This document shows positions 56,569 to 64,000 of a stretch of 64,000 nucleotides of DNA, one piece after another. Each line of letters begins with the position of its first letter. Positions within the stretch are counted from its first letter, which is position 1. This stretch comes from Rhynchopus sp. YZ270_cl-10 (Eukaryota), in contig OZ037840.1 in the NCBI GenBank assembly GCA_964035575.1, positions 248,001 to 312,000 of the forward strand, given 5' to 3'. The notes beneath the pieces are model-generated. The model searched no databases. It was not told the DNA's origin and was given only the letters and a program-made list of their open reading frames with translations. A program made the position numbers and the translations under genes.

Positions 56569-58901
56569 TTAAGATTTAAATTCTTTTTTAAAAGAGATTC
56601 TTCAGAGAAATGATTAAGATATTATTTTCAATCGAAAGATGGTGTTTTGTCCGAGAGAAAGAAAAATTATTGCAACAGCCACACCAAATACACTCAAATA
56701 AACTGAAAGCATAGGTTTTGGGATCAACAAGCCGCAAGAAAAGAGAGAGGAAAAAAAAAACGAAAGCGTACCATCACTTTTTTTTCCTTTGTGTTTCAGG
56801 GACATAGCTTTGCTTCCTTCTCCAGGCAAAAAAAAGTTATTGACACTTTACCAAAATCTCTTTATTTTCTCTTGTCTATTTTTCCTGCATTTCTTAGATT
56901 CTCTTCTTTGTACGTTTTTTTGTTTTGGTTGTTAGATACACTCAATCGCCTATCGAGTTCTGTGAATAGCACGGCACTCCTTTTCATGTGTATCCATGGA
57001 AAGACAGTATCATATGTGATACCGGGAGGGAAGATAAAAAAATCTATTTTCCCTGATCTGAGTAGGAGGACACTGAGAGAACAAAATTGTGCAACAAAAC
57101 TGATACATGCATTTTTAGGTCAAAAAATACTCATTTTTCTGCACAAAGTGACCCCATCACAGCACACCACTCCACAGACTCCGGAACACCGAAATCAAGG
57201 GGGGGGGAAATAAGGTTTTTTTTTTTTGTGGTACCAGTATTCGGTCATTTACAGCCGCACCGGCTTTTGCTAAAAAAAAAAAAAAAAATGATTCAGATAA
57301 TATTTTCAGTCGAAAGACGCCACGAACGATGGGGTTTTTGTCCATCAGCGTCGTTTCCTCTTACAAAACAAATGAAAGTGAAATGGTTGTGTATAGATAT
57401 CTCTTTTGCCTTGCCACATTGTGACAACCACATTTTCAAAAACACAACATCGTTTTTTAGGGTTTCTGATAGTGGAAAAGAGAAGGGGAAAAAATACATT
57501 TAATTACCGACTACTGCCACGAAAACAGCAGCCACGTTTTTTTTTAGGAGGGGAAAGAGTTGCTAAAAATTGGTGGGATGAATATAAGCACTTCTGTCGC
57601 TTGGGTAACCTCCAGGATGTCATTGTGGGGGGATTGAAAATGTTTTTTTTTGTTTGTTTTGAAAGTGCTTTGTGCTCTGTTTAATTTTTCTTCTAAAGCA
57701 AGCTTCGGAATAATATTAAAAAAGCAAAACGTTTTGACAAAGGGTTGACATTTAGACTACCATCACAAGATAGCAGACACGGCTTTTTCTTCACAGGATC
57801 CTTAAAAGGTAGTCAAAAAAAAAGTAGACTTGAAATACAAAAGCCCTCTTGAACAATGTACCTTGGTACAATTGACCGGCTGCACCGGGGGTGTACCCCA
57901 ACCATGCAGTCCTACAATCCATTTCGTGGTTTACATCTGATCAAAAAAAGGGGGGTTGAAAGATGAGTACATTGCCACAATTTTTTTTAAAAAATGCGGA
58001 TAAACAATTTTGCTTTTGGTTACAGACAGGACGATGACGTGGACACTGCTATTGACACACAGGTCAAGCCTGCCACATTTTAAAAAAAAAAGGGGGAGAC
58101 ACGTGGATAGGTGATTTGAAAGGGTTCACATAAGTGAAGGGAAAGGCCTTGAAGGGTGGGTGTGACCTTTGGACACACGGCAATCTATCAAGGAGGAAGA
58201 AGAACAAGGATACGCAGTGGCGGAAGGGGGGAAAAAAAACAAAATACATTCATATACTTACTATTTATAACACAAACAGTAAGCACTAAAGGGTGTAACA
58301 CGTACATCCTTCCTTTTTTTTTTTTCTGCATTTTTTTTTTTTGGAGTATCTCTTCTTCCTAGGAGATGAGACACAATGGTGTTTTGATAACAAAAAAACA
58401 AAAAAAAAAAAAAAACGAAGAAAAAGCTCAGTTTCATGTCACCAAATTACCCCCCCAAAAAAATCTCTAAATCTGGTGATTTCGGAAGTCGGTCAACGAC
58501 CTGTCAATATCAGGGGGTGTATGTATAAAGTCCCTGTGTCAGCGACCTGTCAATATCGACCCCTCCCGGAGCACCAAAAATCTGCCGTTATTTAGACGTC
58601 AATTTATTTGGAGTGCCATAACTATGATGAACCCTTTATGGCCATGGAAAGAAACAAATGGGTGGAAAGAAAAAAGTATTCCAACATGTGCAGCCAATAA
58701 ATTGATATAGCATGGGTGTAGGGATCAACAACAAAGGTTCCCAAAAGGAAAAAGGAAAAATCAAGAAACGTTCGTTCGACAAAAAGAGTTCACCTTCTAT
58801 TCAAGAGAAAAAAGAGGGGGAAAATATGGTGGAGGTGTAAAAAATAGGGTGTAGAAGACATCCTTATCAAAATAGTCGTCTCAAAAAAAAAAAAAAAAAA
58901 A

Positions 58902-61417
58902 GGGTGAAAGTCAAATGTATACACATATACACAGGGTTATAGTCAGATCTATACACTCATTGTATATACAATTGTCAATTGTACATGCAATTGTATAGAA
59001 ATTGTATAGATCTGACTATTTGATGTACAATCCCAACTTTTTTTATAGTCAGATCTATACAATTTATGTACAATCCCAGTATACACTAGGTCGTACACAA
59101 ATTGTATACAGCCAACCCGCCAGTCACTGAAAAGTGACCAGACAGTCCACTTGACAAACACAAAAGTGTCCGTCGCGTGGGGCATTCATGCACTGAGGAG
59201 ATAATGATCCAACAATTCACAACTTAACCTACTGCTGGAAATTGCCAGGTCGTAGTAACACACAAAGTGTGCCTCCGTTCGGGAATATCGGAGTTATAGA
59301 GTCCTAAAAGGCCTCTGCCGCTAGTCAAGGTATAACCGAATGAACGGCCCAAGACCCCCGTGGAGAAGTTAAATGTTGTAATGATTTCAAGTAAAATGCG
59401 AGCACTGTCTTACCCTCCTCAATGCATGGTGGAAGATGTCTTTCACAACAAATATCCTGTACCCAGGTACCCAAATTCCCAAACCCACGCAGTGGCACAT
59501 GACCGCAAGTGTGAGTGACCCACACATGAGGGAATGCGACACTACGCAAAATTTACCACCAGACCCTGTCTTCGTGCACCTGAAGTACAACGCCGCAGAC
59601 AGGCCAAACATGCGTTGGACTCAGAGGAATGCCCGCTGTGCAGGTATCAAACATGAGAACAACTCCCAGCAACAAGGGGCGCCTTTTGGCGGGCGTTGTT
59701 GAGGGTGTTTGGGGTGCAAAGTTTTCCACAATTTTGATGCGCGGGTACAGAAGTGTTGTGTTGTTCTTTCATCTCTAGGAATGTAAATGTCAATCGCGTT
59801 TAACTACCACGAGGGCTTGTTCAGTGAACCCACAAGGGGTCGAAGGGGGTTGGTTATCCCGTATCTATCAAAGGTTGTGTCGACCAGGCGAATCCACTAT
59901 GTTACGCTGTACGTTGTTAAATCCGAAGAAATAACGCTTTAGCAGCCGCAGGAAGTAAGTAGTGCCTCACGCTACACAAACCACCACCCGCAATTGACTT
60001 AGATGTTATAACAAAGAGAATTCAGAACAAAACAACACCCTGCCCCATACACACTAAATTGTCATGCTTCAAGAGCATGCCTGGGCCAAAATTACTATGA
60101 CGAAAAGGCAACAAGACCACCCACAAGGAGTGTGAAATGTGCGCTGGTTTTCTGGGGGAACGCAATATTTTCTTGTGCCTAGTCCTCCGCGAGCAGAGGA
60201 CAGACTTTCCGGAAGGTTTCCAAAGGTCGAATTTCTTTGCAATGCTATGCTCCCTGGGTTAAATGGCAATAGCAGTGACTGACTTCTGAGAAAAATCGGG
60301 TATGCGAAACCCAATGTCCATTGTTTTGGTGTAGTCCTGTTGGGGGTGGGTGTGGGTGGGCGGGTAGGTGGGTGGGTGTGTGGTTCCTAGTGTACACTGA
60401 AATTGTACATAAATTGTATAGATCTGACTATAAAAAAAGTTGGGATTGTACATCAAATAGTCAGATCTATACAATTTCTATACAATTGCATGTACAATTG
60501 ACAATTGTATATGGGTCCGTCCGGAAACCCTCCTGGTAAGATTCATCCTTTTGGGGTTTTTTGAGGTTTTTCTGCTCAAAACACCCAAACAACCCAATTT
60601 TTTGATACCCACCATACACCTACCACCCCAGAGGGCATATTTTGGGCATTTATTTTTGTTTATTTCCCCTCTCCCCCTTTTTACTTATATTTTTTTACAT
60701 ATTTTTTGGAAAAAAAAAACGTGGCAATGACAGCAGTGAAGTTCACTTTTTTGTCGAGAAACACGGTAAGAATGGGTGCGACGCACACTTGGTGTCGTTT
60801 CGAACCCTCTCTCTGATGATTCTTGTTGTCAGGAGATCCTTACCGTAGGGGTCATTGTCGGTGCCCTGCGCGAGCTTCCCCACACAGAGGCCTTTGTTAT
60901 CTCATTCCCTCGTACTCATACGTATCAGTGCACCCTTCTTTCCATCAATCTCTTTTCGTCTGTGTACTGCTGCCCGAGCAACGGTCGTGTCATTTCAGCT
61001 AGCGTGTACTCTGACACGGAGGGAACCTGTATTTACTATGGAGTCTCCACATCCAAGGTGACCCGCAAAGCAAAAGTCCCTGGCATTGATCCAGTAGATT
61101 TGACAGAGGTCAATGAAACCTTGTCAAGGCGGCATGGCAGGATTAAGAGAAAGAGAGAAGAGATCCAGAAGAACGACAATAAAAGGCTGAAAATCTGATT
61201 AAAAAAGCGAAAATATAGCCTCAGACCCCCCCAAAAACTTATTTTCATATCAGAATATCACCTAGATGCACTTTTTGTGGGGGGCATCATCAAAAAAACC
61301 CAAAAATACCCAAAAGGATGAATCTTACCAGAGGGGTTTCCGGACGAGTCCATATACAATGAGTGTATAGATCTGACTATAACCCTGTGTATATGTGTAT
61401 ACATTTGACTTTCACCC
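58902..61417. mobile_element. Long-TIR (~190 bp) element with decayed Cys-rich cargo; right TIR interrupted by a nested element
   Basis: IR 58902-59090 versus 60386-60511 plus 61353-61417; poly-A flanks; atagtcagatctatac repeats. Confidence 0.82.
60513..61351 (+). mobile_element. Sola-like element remnant (4-bp ATAT TSD)
   Basis: TIR gg..cgtccggaaaccc..ctggtaagattcatccttttggg; atat flanks; coding remnant VHFFVEKHGKNGCDAHL (60741-60791) resembles the Sola2 HGK..CD motif. Confidence 0.6.
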
Positions 61418-62204
61418 AAAAAAAAAAATTGGTTATAGACAACACTTGCCAGTAAAAAGTGTTGCCAGTTTTCAATGAGAGTTGCTATTTTTGCAGGGAA
61501 TAGTCGTCTCAAAAAAGAAAGGGAAAAAAAAGAAGAAAAGAAAAAAAGAAGAAAAAAAAGGGATTAGTCTATGCTTCTCGCTTGGTCACGATAGATAGAA
61601 CCTGACTTCAGGATGCAGCTGTAGAGGGGGAAATCCCATACCCCGGAACACCCCAAATGTAGAGTATTTAAAAATCGCTCTGCTTAAATGTGTCGTTGTG
61701 ATGAAGGATGATCTGGTTATCACTCCCCGAGTTTGCTCTTTTTTTTTTTGTCCCCTTAAAATATTGTGCGGTAGGAAAAAAGGGGAGAAAGGACCTTTGA
61801 AGAGATGATAGGACTCACCTCATGTCCGGAGTCTCTCGTCTTTCTTGTATACTACAGACGAACATGGCAACGCTAGCCACGACCCCCAAAGAAAAGCATT
61901 TCAACACAATAATTATGCACTCAATAAATTGATCGCATAGGAGGAGAGGGATCAATAAAAATGCTCCCTTTTTATGTGGTATGCTTTTTGCAAAAACGTA
62001 AAATAAAGCAAATATTTCATGTACAAGTTGAAACTTTCGGAGTCCCAAAGAAAAGAAGAAAAAAAATTGTAGAAGATGTTTGTGTCTCTCGTGCACATAG
62101 CTTAAGATAAAAGAGCTGAAGAGTTGAAGGCTGTCAAGACTTGCCACACGGTTACCAGATGACCCGGAAAAATAAAATGCATTTCTTTTGCTTGCATGGT
62201 TTAC

Positions 62205-62445
62205 CATACTATGGACACGGCGCGAGTCGGGCAGAAAAATACTCCCGAATTAGATTCATATACTTTCAGTTCACAGAATTGAAAGTATTTGAGAGGGTCA
62301 ACACATGCACCCTCGAATAAATAAATACCCCGGACTGAGTAGAGGCTGGGTCACTCAGCCTGGACTCAGTTCGGCGAAATATAACTCAGCTTGGGCTCAG
62401 CCAAAACTCAGGTTGATTCGGCCCGACTCGGCCATGCATAGTATG
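62205..62445. mobile_element. MITE CATAC..GTATG with a near-6-bp TSD
   Basis: Imperfect TIR catactatg....ggc.cgagtcgggc.gaa; flanks gtttac / ttttac; internal actcag repeats. Confidence 0.6.
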
Positions 62446-64000
62446 TTTTACGATGCACTTCATGCAAAAGAAAAGAAGAATCATTTTACTTAGTTGCTAA
62501 TGGCATGTTACTGTTGCTAGCATAGTACCCCAGGTCATATGATCATGCAGGTAAACACACAATAGAACCCACTATACATACTCTCACGAAGAGAGAAAAG
62601 ACGGAACAAAAAGGAAATGGGATAACCAAATAGTTCATCACATGTTGGGGCCAAGGGAGGGGGCACGCCACACACATTTTTTTCAAAAAAAAAATTCCTT
62701 TGACTATGTACTGCTATAGGAGGAGGCAGCAGTCACGTTTAGCACATCGTAACACACATCTTCAAAATCAGATATCAATGGGGAGAAAAACAAAAAACAA
62801 AAACAAAACGTTAGTCAGAGGAGCAAAGCCACTGTACTTCGGTAATCTCAAAAAGAGAGAAAAATATTTTTCGCACAAAAATAAAAATAAAAAAAAAGAG
62901 CTCCATTCCTTTATGGTGTCTATCAAGCTTTTGACAACATAGGAAATATGAATAAGGCATCTGCATACAAATAAAAGAGTGTCTAGGACGTACAACTACG
63001 GAAGGTGCGTGTCTGCTAAGCTACGTTATTATTATTTTGTTTTTGGTGCTCCTGATAACCCCATTTTGCGTACTTGTTGCGCACTTTGTGCACGAAAAGA
63101 AAAAAAAATACAGGAATACCCTATATTGCGTACTTGTTGCGTACTTGGTATTTTTTTATTTCAGGATCACCAGTTTTTGTTTTTTTTTTTTTGTTGTGTC
63201 GACGCTCGAGAATATACTCGACTTTCTTCTTTTCTTTTTTTTGTTATCTCCTTATTTTCCTACACACAACAATAAATTGGGGGGGAAAAAACAACAAGCT
63301 CGTAAAGCGACGAAAATCCTTTTTTCTTTTATCATCACTTTCCCCCCTCAGTGCACCCTGAAGTCAGTTGTTCAATTTTCAATTTCAATAATTTGGCTTT
63401 GAGATCTGAATCAGGGATTTCATTTTCACAAAGTCTTTTTCTTTTATTTTCCTTTTATTTTCACCGAAGGTATCTACTGATGATAACGTCCGGTTTGTCA
63501 ATCGCATACAAAAAGAGATAAATAATTCGTACAAACTAAAGAGAGGTTGAAAGTGCAAACGCCTTATCGTACCTTCATCAGACGCAGGCACTGGTATAAA
63601 GTGTTGGTGTATTTTAAAAAAATCAAAAAAAAAAAAACAAAAAAAAAAACATCGCCGGTTTACCAAAGTTATCCCAATATGGACTGCAGTAGGTCAGGCG
63701 CTCCTGTTTCCACCTCACAACACATCAGGGACATTTGGCATATTCAATTCTGTTTTTTTTTCTTTTTCTCTTTGTATCAAAAATATTTTTCGTGAATTTA
63801 GTACCACACCTCCGCAGGGTTCAGCCCCTCACATTATGTATTTTTTTTTAAAAAATGCTCCTTTTCTAGAAGTATTTAGGGGAACACAAAAGAGAAAAGT
63901 AAAAAAATGAACTTAAGCCTCTCTGTGCTTCGTCAACGTTGCAAGAAATGGGGTAAAACAAAACAAAACACACACACGCGCTATTGAAGACTCCCTGCCA

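Overview
Eukaryotic nuclear DNA, most likely from a euglenozoan protist of diplonemid type. This is an inference from the gene families, GT-AG introns with GTATG donors, polypyrimidine-AG tracts just before the ATGs, and euglenozoan-like LSU rRNA fragments. All host genes are on the minus strand: a partial multi-TM protein (1-673, missed by the ORF track), a 3-exon TMEM43 gene, two tandem UBL-LRR paralogues (one with a B-box/coiled-coil N-terminus), a divergent Rheb-like GTPase with no CAAX box, and a >2,200-aa multi-exon single-pass receptor (TSP-C-like lectin, Ig/cadherin-like and laminin-EGF ectodomain, plus a long cytoplasmic helical repeat). Most other sequence is densely nested non-autonomous DNA transposons with readable TIRs and TSDs of 2 to 9 bp, embedded microsatellites, decayed non-LTR RT remnants and rRNA fragments. 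The most striking object is an intact, intronless tyrosine-recombinase (Crypton-like) element in TMEM43 intron 1. It is flanked by ~55-bp inverted repeats, carries a ~150-bp terminal hairpin, and has two 30-bp lox/dif-like 11-8-11 palindromic sites. Also notable are a Zator-like transposase C-terminus fused to a degenerate USP domain, and internal modules shared among unrelated TIR families. All family assignments are from motif recognition by eye; no database search was run.
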